A stretch of DNA of 64,000 nt from assembly GCA_946965045.2 (NCBI GenBank), contig OX337228.1, forward strand, positions 3,658,001-3,722,000, given 5' to 3'. This stretch comes from Epithemia pelagica (taxonomy: Eukaryota > Protista > Bacillariophyta). The notes beneath the pieces are model-generated. The model saw only the letters and a list, made by a program, of their open reading frames with translations. It searched no databases and had not been told where the DNA came from. Both the position numbers and the translations under genes were made by a program. Positions 13,190 to 25,320 of this stretch are shown here, piece by piece (position 1 is the stretch's first letter; every line of letters starts with the position of its first letter).

Positions 13190-16100
13190 ATGATGCTGTT
13201 TGACGTCGAGACTGGCAGCGCTTGCCTGTTGCTCGTCTTTGGGCTCTGCCAGCCTAGCTACTCGTTTCAGCTAAACTTCCCTGAATTATTGTTGAACGTC
13301 CGGCGGAAATTCTCAACATTTTCACCACCAAATGGCGCCTCTGCACGTATTTTTGACTTCCACTCTCGATACCTGTTTCAACTCATGGACTCACGTTCTG
13401 CGCTGGAGTCCTTTCGTCCAGATGTTGGTTTTGGGTCATCGAACGTTTCTGGAGTAAGCTATGGAAGTGACGAGGAGGACATTGAACAGTGGATGAGAGA
13501 ATCCCTTCGTCGAAAAGAACATGTCGACCAACTTCTCGAAGAGTCAGACCGTGACTTTCGTGAAAAGCGGAAAATCCGGAAATGGGGAAAGTTTGCGAAT
13601 GTAACGAGCACTGAGGATCTGCAGCCACTGTTGGAGCAGGAGAAAAAAGCTATCGACGCAGCGAACCAACGTAAAGCATCCCAAGCGGCAGCACAAGGGG
13701 TAAATTTCGAAGTACTTGCCCCAAGACCACCCACGGAAGAATGGCAGGATCAAAGTGGACGAATCAATATTGGGTCTGTTAAAGGACCTCCAAATTGGTT
13801 TTCCGAAATGGATGAAGATCTCAAGGCAGAGTGGGGAGAGTTAACTGCCAACGATAGCAACTCCCCCCATGCCGAGGACGACAATGGAGGGACGTTGAAT
13901 GCGGCGGACGAAGTAGCAATCGACGAAAGTACCGGAAATCTTGTTGCAAGGGACGAACTGGCAGGAGTCCGTGTTGGTAGTGCTGGAGGTTGGTCCCTAG
14001 AAATCTTTCCTGGTGACTTTGTTGTTCACCGGAAATTTGGTATTGGACGCTTCGAGAAAACGTGTCTGCGTCCAAAGACTAAATTGACGCCGACGGAACT
14101 TGAAGAACAAAGCAATCGACGGAGCGAGTTGCTGACTGAAGAGGTGCGGAAAAGGAAATCTGTGACACCAGAGGAGATGAAAATGTTGAGAGCCAAGTTT
14201 GGGACCGAAGAGGATGACGACCCAGTATCAAATCCACAAGTCACCGTGTTGGAGATTGCATATCAAGACGTTGTTGTTCATGTTCCAGTGGATCGTGCCT
14301 ATCGTCTTAGTCGTTACCGAGCTGGTGACGCTGCTGTGAAGCCAAAATTGTCTAAGGTCAGGGGAGAAGCATGGAGAAAGGCCAAACAAAAGGTCGAAGA
14401 AAAGACCCTGGAGCTTGCACAAGAGGTATTGGCGTTGTATTCAACTCGCGAGACCCTTGGACGCACACCTTCCTCTCCTTTAGAAGAGGAAAAGATAAAA
14501 AAATTCGAAGAAACTTTTCCTTTCGATCCCACCCCCGACCAGAAAAAGTGTTTTGAGGACGTGGAGAATGACATGGTCTGGCGTAACCGGCCCATGGATA
14601 GATTAGTCTGTGGTGATGTAGGTTTCGGGAAAACAGAAGTTGCTCTTCGAGCACTATATCGTGCCATCGTAAATGGCCGACAAGCGGCACTTTTGGCCCC
14701 AACTGGTGTTCTGGCAGCTCAACATTACAAGAATGTCCTGAAACGAATGGGTCCTGAAACCCCGTTCAATGTCAGTGTCGCGCTGCTACGAGGTGGGATG
14801 TCGTCAAAGAGTAAGGCAGGACAAGAACTTCGAAGCAAAATCGCATCTGGAGAAGCTGAACTGATTGTCGGTACTCATGCACTTCTATCCAACGACCTAC
14901 GCTTCAAGAACCTTTGTCTTCTCGTCGTTGATGAGGAGCAAAGGTTTGGAGTTAAGCAAAAAGAACGGTTAAAAATGATTGCCACCGGGGTCGACGTGCT
15001 GACTTTATCTGCAACCCCCATTCCACGCACGCTCCAAATGAGTCTCTCGGGTATTCGGGATACGTCAACTATACGGTCCCCACCGCCAATGCGTAAACCT
15101 ACCTTGACGTTCGTGCAGGACTTTGACGAAGATCTCATACGAGATGCGATATCGATGGAATTGGAAAGAGGCGGCCAATGCTATTACGTAGTCCCTCGAA
15201 TTTCGATGATCAAAGAAGCAGACGAAAGAATTAGAAAGCTGTTTCCTGGTATCAGAATTGTCATTGCACACGGTCGCATGCAAAGAGATGGAGCCGAAGA
15301 AAATGTTGCGAAGTTTGCGGAAGGGCAATACGATATATTAATGGCAACAACAGTAATCGAAAATGGAGTGGATATTCCTTGTTGCAACACTATCATTGTC
15401 CAAGACAGCCAGAACTTTGGTATAAGCACTTTGTACCAACTTCGAGGGCGCGTTGGCCGCTCCGATAAACAAGCTTACGCTTATTTTTTTACGAACGAAG
15501 AATCCCTCACAGAGCAAGCGTCTTTGCGGCTCCATGCGATTGCTGAACTGAACCAATTAGGATCAGGCTTCGACGTGGCAAATCGAGATCTAGAAATCCG
15601 TGGGGCGGGTTCGTTACTCGGAACCGAACAAAGTGGGATGGCGGCCAAGGTCGGGTTCGATCTTTACATGCGAATGCTGAAGAAGAATATAATACAGTTG
15701 ATGGGATTTCCGTCCGTGCCAAAAACGAAGATGCTCTTGTCCACAGATGGGTCACCAGAAACTTTCACGCTACCGTCTAGATACATTGGTGATCCACAGG
15801 TGAGGAGCAACGAAGAAGCGAAAGCACGACTTGCCGAGAGCACTGCGTCACTTGTGAATTTGACCAACACATGGAAAGAGGAACATGGGAAATTACCAAT
15901 CATGATACAGAAGCAACTGAAAACCCTGCACCTTCACGCATGCACCAGGCGGCTAGGGATCGACTTGGTTGGGGTCATCGAGAATGACAATGGAGAATAC
16001 GATTGTATCTTGCGCAGCCCTGCCTTGAGGCCTAGACATCTTGTCACTGTCGCCACCGCACTTCCTCGAGGAGCTTTGCCCAAAGGCCTTGATGTTTGTT

Positions 16101-16528
16101 TTCCGGGTAGATTCACCCTTAATGGAAGGGATCTAGAGCTCATTGGAGGACGAAAAATCGATACCGAGATTCTTGTGTCCGATGAAGCCGATGTAGACGA
16201 AGAAAATTGGGACGCTTTGGATCAAGAAGAAATGGAGGCGAAGCAGGATATATCGTCTGCTGCTGCTGTGAAAGAAATGAGTGAGACTGATTTCCGACGT
16301 TCTCCCGCCTTTCGAGTTTCCCAGGTAGGGTCTCCAAAGGATACAAAAGTTGTTGATCAGTTGCTACGAGTTTTGTTGCCTCTTTCAAAAATTGTCAGCG
16401 AGAGGCAAGATAACGAGGCAGAAAAAGCCAAAGCTCAAGTAGATCTCAAAGCAAGAACAGATTTAATCAGAAAACGCCAGGCAGCGAACGAAGCGCTTCA
16501 AGCACAACGGCTAGGATATCGCTATTAG
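13190..16528 (+). CDS. mfd: Transcription-repair coupling factor (Mfd/TRCF) homolog, probably plastid-targeted
   Basis: CarD/RID-like PGDFVVHRKFGIGRF; RLVCGDVGFGKTEVA; VVDEEQRFGV; LSATPIPRTL; ATTVIENGVDIP; LYQLRGRVGRS; TRG motif RDLEIRGAG. The N-terminus has a signal peptide ending in SYS-F. Single exon. Confidence 0.9.
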   Translation: MMLFDVETGSACLLLVFGLCQPSYSFQLNFPELLLNVRRKFSTFSPPNGASARIFDFHSRYLFQLMDSRSALESFRPDVGFGSSNVSGVSYGSDEEDIEQWMRESLRRKEHVDQLLEESDRDFREKRKIRKWGKFANVTSTEDLQPLLEQEKKAIDAANQRKASQAAAQGVNFEVLAPRPPTEEWQDQSGRINIGSVKGPPNWFSEMDEDLKAEWGELTANDSNSPHAEDDNGGTLNAADEVAIDESTGNLVARDELAGVRVGSAGGWSLEIFPGDFVVHRKFGIGRFEKTCLRPKTKLTPTELEEQSNRRSELLTEEVRKRKSVTPEEMKMLRAKFGTEEDDDPVSNPQVTVLEIAYQDVVVHVPVDRAYRLSRYRAGDAAVKPKLSKVRGEAWRKAKQKVEEKTLELAQEVLALYSTRETLGRTPSSPLEEEKIKKFEETFPFDPTPDQKKCFEDVENDMVWRNRPMDRLVCGDVGFGKTEVALRALYRAIVNGRQAALLAPTGVLAAQHYKNVLKRMGPETPFNVSVALLRGGMSSKSKAGQELRSKIASGEAELIVGTHALLSNDLRFKNLCLLVVDEEQRFGVKQKERLKMIATGVDVLTLSATPIPRTLQMSLSGIRDTSTIRSPPPMRKPTLTFVQDFDEDLIRDAISMELERGGQCYYVVPRISMIKEADERIRKLFPGIRIVIAHGRMQRDGAEENVAKFAEGQYDILMATTVIENGVDIPCCNTIIVQDSQNFGISTLYQLRGRVGRSDKQAYAYFFTNEESLTEQASLRLHAIAELNQLGSGFDVANRDLEIRGAGSLLGTEQSGMAAKVGFDLYMRMLKKNIIQLMGFPSVPKTKMLLSTDGSPETFTLPSRYIGDPQVRSNEEAKARLAESTASLVNLTNTWKEEHGKLPIMIQKQLKTLHLHACTRRLGIDLVGVIENDNGEYDCILRSPALRPRHLVTVATALPRGALPKGLDVCFPGRFTLNGRDLELIGGRKIDTEILVSDEADVDEENWDALDQEEMEAKQDISSAAAVKEMSETDFRRSPAFRVSQVGSPKDTKVVDQLLRVLLPLSKIVSERQDNEAEKAKAQVDLKARTDLIRKRQAANEALQAQRLGYRY

Positions 16529-17024
16529 AGGGGATCACAAACAATGAACACGACACTTGGCGCTCTTTCTGTATCTGTTCAAGCCCTCAGCCTTTCAGTG
16601 ACATTTGGGAAGGAGAGAATAAAAGCCACGCATGGCTCGTTTCGAACTACCAAAGGTATCCTTTGACAGATCTTGTCGACTGTTAATGATATTCTATATT
16701 TTTGTCTTGCCATCGTGTATCGTGTTCTTTTTGGGTACTCCTAGCTTAGCTATTACTCCTAGGTAGCTAGGTCCCGGAAATCTCGAATGCTCTTCTTGTA
16801 CTTTACTCGTAATGCAAACGGGAAGTGAAAAGTCACTGGTTATTGGTAGAGCGTACAGTACAATTAACAAGAAGCGCTGGTGGCAGTGACTCAGTGATCC
16901 TTGATTTTTTTCCTAGCTTCCAGAGAAAAGCCCAACCAATTTACACGTGAGACATAAAAAGTGGATGATTTGAAAAGCCGCCAACATCGCAATTTGCAAA
17001 CGGGACAATAGCAACAGTGGTTAA

Positions 17025-17912
17025 ATGCCTGCAGGTTCCCGTCGGAAGAGCGTACGCTTTGCCCATTATGGAGATGACCAGCAGCTGCTTGAAACAATCT
17101 ATGAGGTTCCTCGTAGAACCGATCTTGGAACCGACGACTGTGAGGCTTTGTTTTTCAACAGGAATGACTTCAAATGGACGCGTTCTGTAGCGAGGAGCGA
17201 AAGCCAAGACGTGGCACGAAACGGTGAGTCCGAGGCTTTGCAGACGGCTTTTGGATTAAAGAGCAAAGTATCGCAGGACATCCTCAACTCCTGGGTAACG
17301 GCGGATCATCTCTGTCGCGGACTGGAAAAATGGTGCAACAGAGCGCACGGTGAGAAAAGACAGCTCGAGCAGTTTGCAGCAACAATGGCTGTTCTTCAAG
17401 CACAGCACGATATGAAAAGTTCCGAAAAGCGTGTAGATAGTGATGCACTGCGAAAGGTTGCAACCAAAGTGACGAGGAACGCTCGTCATTTTGCACGAAT
17501 GATGGGGAAAGCAGATTCTCTCGCTGTGGCTCTGCTATTAAAATCGGATTCTACTTTGCTAAATGCTCCTACCCACCATTGGGATCCGTCCACACTCCGT
17601 CTCATCAAAGAAAACAGAGCCGAGGATGATAAGTCTATTACGGATTCAGTTCATGATTCCACAACAATACCGAACGCTGCTAACCTCTCCTCATTGTTGA
17701 TGGGAGCGAGCGATGATGAGATGGATGATGATATTGAAGATGTTGCTTTCATACCTGATGTCGACGAGGTACCAGACAACATGATACCAGAATCACCGCG
17801 ACGCAAGTCAAAGATTAAAAAACTCCGTCTGTTGAAGAGGATAAGGCGACGAATGAGTCTGAGTTCTGCTGGTCGCAAGTCTGGTAGTGCGACGAATGAA
17901 ACCAGGCAGTGA
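17025..17912 (+). CDS. Hypothetical protein of a family common in diatoms (SVRF...LFFNRNDF...CRGLE motif)
   Basis: 295-aa ATG ORF. The KSVRF and CRGLEKW pattern is recalled from diatom hypothetical proteins and was not searched. Confidence 0.65.
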   Translation: MPAGSRRKSVRFAHYGDDQQLLETIYEVPRRTDLGTDDCEALFFNRNDFKWTRSVARSESQDVARNGESEALQTAFGLKSKVSQDILNSWVTADHLCRGLEKWCNRAHGEKRQLEQFAATMAVLQAQHDMKSSEKRVDSDALRKVATKVTRNARHFARMMGKADSLAVALLLKSDSTLLNAPTHHWDPSTLRLIKENRAEDDKSITDSVHDSTTIPNAANLSSLLMGASDDEMDDDIEDVAFIPDVDEVPDNMIPESPRRKSKIKKLRLLKRIRRRMSLSSAGRKSGSATNETRQ

Positions 17913-18462
17913 AGATATAAGGAATTTCATGTCAGGACAACAGCATCACAGCTGCGTAGACGAGATCTCAGGCATTCAGTTCTTCGTTTCTGCTTCCACC
18001 CTGCCCAGTAGTCCAACGTCGTGTTCTTTGTTACTTGCTCCGAGTTCTGTCATAGACATACAGGAACCGTCGAATAGTGTACAAAAGACTTTTTGAAGGC
18101 ACGGCGTCAAGGCCATGACCTCATGGAGATCAGTTATCATTACTGTTGGTTCTGTCGATGACCAAAAAGCCAGTACTCCGTAGTAGGCGTGAAGAGCACT
18201 GCGGAAAGGGCTGAGTATCGTAGAATACCTAGAGCTATTAGCTATTCCTCCTCCTCCTTTAAATTTCGACGACGAGTAACGAGTAACCTTACTCTTTGCG
18301 ATACGTCCTAGCGGGGGTTTCTGCGAGTGAAACACCGATGAGAAAACAAGATCCAAAAAGTTCATCCCAAAAGTTCTCTCTTGCTCCCTCTAGGGCGTAA
18401 TGTGTGCGGGTAAGGTCGTGGGAGGTGGGAGGTAGAAGTGGGAAGCCATCAGGCTTGTTCTA

Positions 18463-21400
18463 ATGGAGCATGGAGGACAAACTCACAAGGGCCCACAAGC
18501 AGGAAACAGAAGCAGAACCGCTGGATTGCCCATGAATTTTGAAACTAGAGACGGTGGTCAATCGATGATTGCTAGAGGCAGTGTTTCCTTACCAATGTTG
18601 GAGGGATTGCTTTCCTCGCTAGATGGGACAGAAACAACAAAAATCTTCGAGCAAGCCCTCCGAGAAGAACATCATTATCACATAATCCAACGTTCCCTTC
18701 GACTTTGGGTTCATCGACAGAGGCAGATCTGGAAGCGAAATCCCTCAAAGTGTCGCTCAGATGCGGTGTCATCCAATGAATTTGACCGTTCGACGGCTCG
18801 ACCACATAAGAGGCAAAGATGTTCCAGCCGCCGTGAGATATCTCGAGAAATGAAAGGTGATCGGTGTGACTTCCCGAGGGCTCCGCAACTCCACACATTG
18901 TCTACGGTGAATCATTGGTGGTGGAAGTCCTTGACCTCCTATGTTGATGCTGAAAGATCCGCTGCGGTACATTTTCTGGTCAGAGCTTGTAAGACGGCGC
19001 ATGATAGGTTCCTGCTTGTGCGCCCTTTTCTTTTATTACTGGAACTTCTGGTGTCACGCATCACAGGCCATCCTTTAGAGAGTGTCTCCCCGCTTGACGT
19101 CCCAGTTTCAAGGCGCTTCATCCGTGAGTTGATCGGGCTTCTAGATCACGTCATGTCATCAACAGATGAAGTACTTGTTGCACAGCATCGGTGGTATGTT
19201 CTCGATCGTGTGGCGAACCACGTCATGGATCTAGCCCTTTTCATCGGATCCAGTGGCATGCTGTCGACCACATTGATGTCGCAAGATTGTCTTCGGGGGC
19301 TTTTGAATCTTCTTCACAAATGGCTTCTTGTTGACCACAAATGCGCACACGACGAGAACAACAAGCATCTCCATATTTGGTTTTCCACGGAAAGCCCGTC
19401 AAAGAGAGATCACCCAGATCTAGCATCATGGTGTCCTTTAGCTTCATTAATGACTGCATTTGCAGCTACCAAAGCCCGGATGAATTGGCTCGAATCCTCT
19501 AAGGAGCAATCCGGACATGCTCTATTGTTGTCTCTTCATACGTTGTTGGATCTTGAGAGTCGCAGGGTACCACAGACCAAGGGCTCTGATCTTTTCTCAA
19601 TGAGTGCGCCGCCTGCATCTACACATTCTAAAAAGCTCCAAAAATCTTTGTCTTCCACTTCGGCGATTCCATGTGGGGGCAACAGTACGTCGACGGAGGT
19701 CGCCTACGCGTCAAGACAAGACCCGTCGCCTCCTTCGCCCAACGGTAGTCAACCTCAGTCAAATTTAAGCGATGACGACGATGAGGAGGAGGACGACGAC
19801 GACGACGACGATATTGGTCTGGAGGAGGAGGACGACGATGATGACGACGTGGAGGAGGACGATCATGATGAGGGAGACGACCGTGATGCGGGGGAGGACG
19901 AAGGATCCGTGAAAGACGAGAAATGCCTTGATTTGAGTCATTTGATTAGCGAATCTGTCGAGCTCGAGGCCCAAAGAGAAGAGGAAGATGTTACTGGGGG
20001 GTATTTTCATGCAGAAGGATGCAAAGATTCTGAACTGCACTCTGCATCAAGTGACGATGAGGAAGACTTCTGCAATGACGACGTTGAGGACGATGATTGT
20101 GAGATTGGCGAAATCCTGTCGCCTCGAGGAGAAGACGAACTTGATAATGGCGTGCGAGCTGAAGAAGAAGAAGACGATGATGATACATACGCCGACGATG
20201 ACGATGAAGAATCAGAGAACATGGAAACAGATTACCAGCCGCTATTCTCTCCCCACGGTAGGACTTGTGGATTTTCTTCACCCGGGGAAAGTTCCAACGC
20301 CCTGAATTCTCAAGTCTCCAACATTAACCGAAACATGAAGATGAGCGACGAGCTGCAAGGCAACAGGAAGGTTCACAAAACAGAGCTAAAAAATGTTCCC
20401 CTTGTTCCTATTTTGAATGAGAGGCGACGCGCGTTTGTACAGGCCGCCATGTTTGCTTTGTCGGCGGTACACGGCAGTAACCGCAGGAACAAGTTTGTTT
20501 TTTCTATGGATGCAGAAAACTGTCTACTTGAGATTGTGAACGAAGTCATCCAACCACCGAAGAAACCCATCACAACAAAGATCATAATGCGCCGAGCTCC
20601 GACGCAAGAGGAATTCTTCAGGGGAACCCTCTCAAAAAATCCAATATCGATTAATGCCATCCAGCCGTCCGTCGGGGACGAACCAACTGTGGGAGATCTT
20701 CGACAGTACATAGCCAATGACTTGCATATGGCAGACAGTGCTGAATTGATAGAAATTCTTGTTGCCAACAAGATTGTGGATGTTGGTCTACGCCTCAGAT
20801 TGGTGCATCATGTTTTGTGGAAGCGTCATCTAATTGAGAATTCTACAAGCAACTCCTCATCATCGTTCTTGTCAATGGGCTCAGGCATGTCCTTGATTTT
20901 CTCACATGGTCGCTCGTCTGGAATCGCAAGTAATGCTGGCATTTCAGAGCACACCCCTTCTTCTCATCTTCCACCGATGATTGCGACGTACCGTAAGTGC
21001 ATCTTTTAGTTCGAATTAGTCAAGCGCTGTGCTCACACTCCTTTTTTCAGGTCTTGTCGGCGTTGATGGAGAAGCGACCGAAGACACGGTTTCTGAGCTG
21101 GTTGACCCTGAAGCTGCATCAGAGATTAGATCGACCGATATGCACAACTCTCTTATGGAGAAAAAGTATGGACTCACTCGTCTTATATTGGAAGCTTCTG
21201 GGGTACAAGTTGTTTTGCAATCTATTCAACAGAGCATTGCATTTTCCTTGCAAAAAATTAAGAGGGACGACGTATGCCCCACCGACGACATGTTGGTGAA
21301 AAAAAACCTGCAAAACCACTCCTCCTTGTCAAGGGTTAGCGTTAATGCGACACTGTTCCCGCCTTGCAGACAACCGGATAAAGCTATTGCAAGCGCACGC

Positions 21401-23819
21401 ACCAACGATGCTTCTCAGTCTTTTGTTGGATGTTCTCAAGGCACTCGAAGAACCTGAAGGAAACGCTGATACGAAGAGCAGTCCCACAGCTGAGCTTTTG
21501 CAGGAGCTTATTGAATCGCTTACATCTGAGATGACGGAAGTGGGATCGAACTTTCAGAGCGGAGAGTTGGCACAAGATACCTCGAGTTTATCGCTTCTTC
21601 TCCAGTCCATCGAAATTTCGTCGCTAGGTCCTTCTCTTCGAAATGTGATAGCAAAGCTTTTGCCTTTCATGACATACGGACAGCCAGAGCTCTGTAAAGC
21701 TCTGGCAATGCATTTTGACAGACACATTGTGCTCACGTCATTGACGGAGACTGAAACGGACGAAAACGTATCAATGAACACATTTATCGAAACTGCGATA
21801 GCATTGCAAACGAATAAGGTTTGTAATGCTTTGAGGTCTGCGCTCGTTGAGTGCGGTTTTGTAGAATCATTATGTCGATTTATTCTGGAAGGAATGCCCA
21901 AACATCCTCCGCCTTGGTCAGCGGCTCTGTGGCCTGATGGAAAACAACCTGAACCATTTCATGATTTGTGGCGAAAGTACATCAAGCGAGATGGAATACG
22001 CACTGCGTTTAAGATCCTGGGTAGTTTGAGTAAAGGACATGATTATACGCAGGCAACGATTGGTGAGAGCGCTGAATTTGTGCTTTCGTGCCACTGGCTT
22101 GAAGCTACGTCTGACAACCTAGATTTGGATATGTCAATGAACGGGCTCGGTTTGCTAGCTGAAACACTCCTTGATGAAATTGTCATTGATAGCAGCAATC
22201 ACCGAAAATCGGTTGATTCATTTCGCGCGGCAACCCGAATTCGTAAGAAAGAGCTGGCGCTAGATCGCCGAAAACAGACGCTTACAAAGATGGGTTCTTT
22301 CGGATCAACGAAAAGGATCGGAAAAGGTGTATCCCTCGAGAAGCCTGCGTGGCTTGAAGAAATGGAGGCTATCGAGGAAGACAACGGGCTGGTTTGCGTC
22401 ATCTGTCAAGAAGGCCGAAAAAACCAACCATCGGAACTTCTTGGACTCTATGCTTATGTTCGAAAGGTAGTTGTACCCCTGGAAAAATGTGGATCCCGTT
22501 CCAATATCGACGGGTCGGTCTTGCTCAATTCTCTTTCGAAATGCGGTCTAAAGTCATTTGCGGATCATCGAGAAGCAAAAGAATGGTTTCCATTGGGAAA
22601 AGCTGCAGGGGAACACCTTGCAACCTCTTCCTCTATCTGTTTGAGCTCCCTAGGTAGCCGTCGGTCGTCCGTGTTTACTACGACGGTATCAGCTGGGAAT
22701 GGAATTCATCTCTCTTGTCATATTAGAGCACGCCAAGTTGACAGAACTCACGGGAAGGCACCGAAATCAGAGTGGGAAGGAGCGAAGTTGAGAAATGGCC
22801 GTGTGGATTGCAATATTATTTTCCCGTTGGTGTCCAGCCGGAGCTCGAAAGTATCTCTCATGTCTGTTGATTCAGGTAAGATGAAAGATGAGCCAGCACA
22901 AAGGTCTCTGGTTTGCAATGATATGATCTAAATGTTGTTTTCAGCGTTGTCGGATCATCAAGCGGCAGTATCTAGTCTTCTTGGAACCACACCCAAGTCA
23001 ATGCTCTGGAACACACTTTTCGATATGTACTTTCTTCTTCTCCGAATATGTTACGGCGAACCTCTACATGACTGTGGTGGAGGTTCTCTAGCGTCCAACT
23101 GTGCTTTGCTACTGTATGAAATGTTGACCGCTGACATGTTTGAAAAAGACTCTCAGGTAGACCAGCCTGAACATTCGCAACATGCTCTCAGTCTCTCTTC
23201 TGGTTTCCTAGCGGCATGTTCCCTATTGCTTTGTGGTGACAATTCTCGTGATGCAGAAAATGAGGAGCTTCAAGCGTTAGCTCTCGGCATCGCAGATGCA
23301 GCTCCGATGGCAGCTCTGACATGCATCTTGTTCCACAACACTTACGACGACTCGGGGGATTCGTCAGAAACAAGCGAAAACCAGGTTCATCCAAATCGTC
23401 GATGGGTGATAGGTCGAACCTACTTTCTGAGGGGTCTCCTAATCAGCGCCGGTCGCCGTAGGGCCAGCGGAGTAGAAGATTCTGGATGCACCTCGACTCG
23501 TGGACCAAAGCACATAACGAGACCATCTTCCTTTGTGGATTGGAATGACGAAGACGAAACGACCGGATCAACGTTAGGAAGTTTCAAGCACAGCCTACGC
23601 CCGATGCTCACTTACTTTGTCGTCATGGATCAAATGTCGTGCTTCTACTCTGCGTCCATGAGAGAGGACTCCATCTCTGATAACGCGGATATGTTGGCTA
23701 TGACAGTCGAGACATGTCGACAATGCAAAAGCCTAGAGGAACTTCTCGCCAAGACCAATTCAAATATTGACACTACAGAAATTGTGGATCTTTTCAAACA
23801 GGGCATGGAGCTGAAGTAA
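18463..23819 (+). CDS. UBR4/BIG-like E3 ubiquitin ligase C-terminal domain protein; 3 exons; one apparent frameshift at about 21299-21306
   Basis: IMRRAPTQEEFFRG; intron 20994-21050 rebuilds YRLVGVDGEATED; LVCVICQEG; LLGLYAY; GNGIHLSCHIRARQVDR; SEWEGAKLRNGRVDCNIIFP. These match the UBR4 C-terminal region. Second intron 22876-22944. No UBR box seen. Confidence 0.75.
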
Positions 23820-23919
23820 CCTAACCCACCTTATTATCATGACGCTGACTCGAAACACATACTCCTAATACGTGAGGAGAAGTATCCAATCCAACCTATA
23901 TCATTCACCTAGCGTTAGG

Positions 23920-24591
23920 TTATGACCACACAAAATTGTGTGACGAAGAAGGACTGGTCTCGTTTGCTGTCGATAGTGTGAGAAGAGTTCCCACTGACTC
24001 GTTTTGAGACTCAATCCGTTTCGCGATCCTTGGGGGTCGATCATGTCCAACGTTGACTGCTTGCAGGGATTCCACACGCCTCGCCATCTTGGGCGCACGG
24101 TCATTCACATCAGGTCGAGATTCCACTCGCTTCACACACTTGGGAGGACGATCATTCACGACTTCTCTAGACTTCACCCGACGGACCATCTTGGGAGGAC
24201 AGTCTTTCTTTAGGCGAGGGGCCGATCTTTCCTTACCACTGCAATGTAGATCGTCAATGTACGTTCTGTTTTGTTTTAATCTTGCTGTGGATGCTTTTGC
24301 AGCGGAAATGAACTTGGAGACTATATTGAAATCACCTTCTTTGTCTTGTTCAGAAGGGACAGCATGTGAATCGATATAAAGAGATTTCGTCCCGGAATTA
24401 CGAAGCTCTGAATCGTTTTCCGGATTAAGCGAATCACAAGAAGGAGAAGCATCATCGCTATCGATCAAAGCGAGCGAGAGTTTCATTCTTGAATAGCTCG
24501 CAAGACCCTTTCTAATCGTTGCTTTCGAGCTTGTCTTTTCCATATCTGCATTGTCCACTTCACGTGGACGATCAAGGCATTGCGTCACCAT
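23920..24591 (-). CDS. Hypothetical protein, 223 aa, with four tandem ~17-aa repeats
   Basis: ATG at 24591. Repeat units: PPKMVRRVKSREVVNDR / PPKCVKRVESRPDVNDR / APKMARRVESLQAVNVGHDR / PPRIAKRIES. Confidence 0.6.
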   Translation of the reverse strand: MVTQCLDRPREVDNADMEKTSSKATIRKGLASYSRMKLSLALIDSDDASPSCDSLNPENDSELRNSGTKSLYIDSHAVPSEQDKEGDFNIVSKFISAAKASTARLKQNRTYIDDLHCSGKERSAPRLKKDCPPKMVRRVKSREVVNDRPPKCVKRVESRPDVNDRAPKMARRVESLQAVNVGHDRPPRIAKRIESQNESVGTLLTLSTANETSPSSSHNFVWS

Positions 24592-25320
24592 TTTCGACTA
24601 AAGTTGGATCTTCTTTAGTTCCGCCTCTCCTCTTTTCTGTACTTTACGCCATCGACTGCCGAGGAGGGAGTTTACTGGAAGAAGAAGGAGTGAAAATAAT
24701 GAAGCTTTCCCTCGGCGGATTCTATTATTTCTTATGTATCGGTTGTTGTTGTTGGCATCAGAATCTGGTGGCCAGCAGAACTATCAACGTCTACTTTAGT
24801 ATAGTCAATCTCCGGGTGATCACGTACTCTTCCAGAAGTGAAATTCTTCACCATAAAAATGTCAAAGACAGTTCCTGTGTCCCAGCCATGTCTTCCACCC
24901 TTCTTCGTGATTCACCATGATAAGAGAGTCGTACACTACGAGTACACTACGAATAGGAGTACGAGTATCATCATTCATTACCCCCCAGCGGGGGTGGCTT
25001 ATAGGGTGTATTTTCTCTGAGCCACCCCCATACCTATTTGCCAAAAATAACCTGTTTCCAGTCGGCCGGCACATCTCATTTCCTCCACCGAAATTGCCTT
25101 AAAAGCTGGTTCCGTCTCGGACGAGAGGCTGCCAAGAGATCGGCCAATAACCTGTCGAGTCCGAACGAGAAGTCTGGCTAGTAGTCATAACACAACCTAT
25201 CCTAGTTAATCATTGCCTTGAAGCAGATAGTGTTGACAGTCCATAGCTAAAACCCGAATTTCGACAATGGCTAATTTCACTAGTATCTGTTACGACTATG
25301 GACTATGGATCTGTGGACGA

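Noticed and set aside
13190-16528. Bacterial contamination or recent HGT suggested by mfd
   Set aside because: It has a eukaryotic targeting presequence, its neighbours have spliceosomal introns, and plastid Mfd homologs are known in algae and plants.
19770-20230. GAC/GAT/GAG microsatellite as a separate repeat element
   Set aside because: It is in frame within the UBR4-like exon and encodes an acidic tract.
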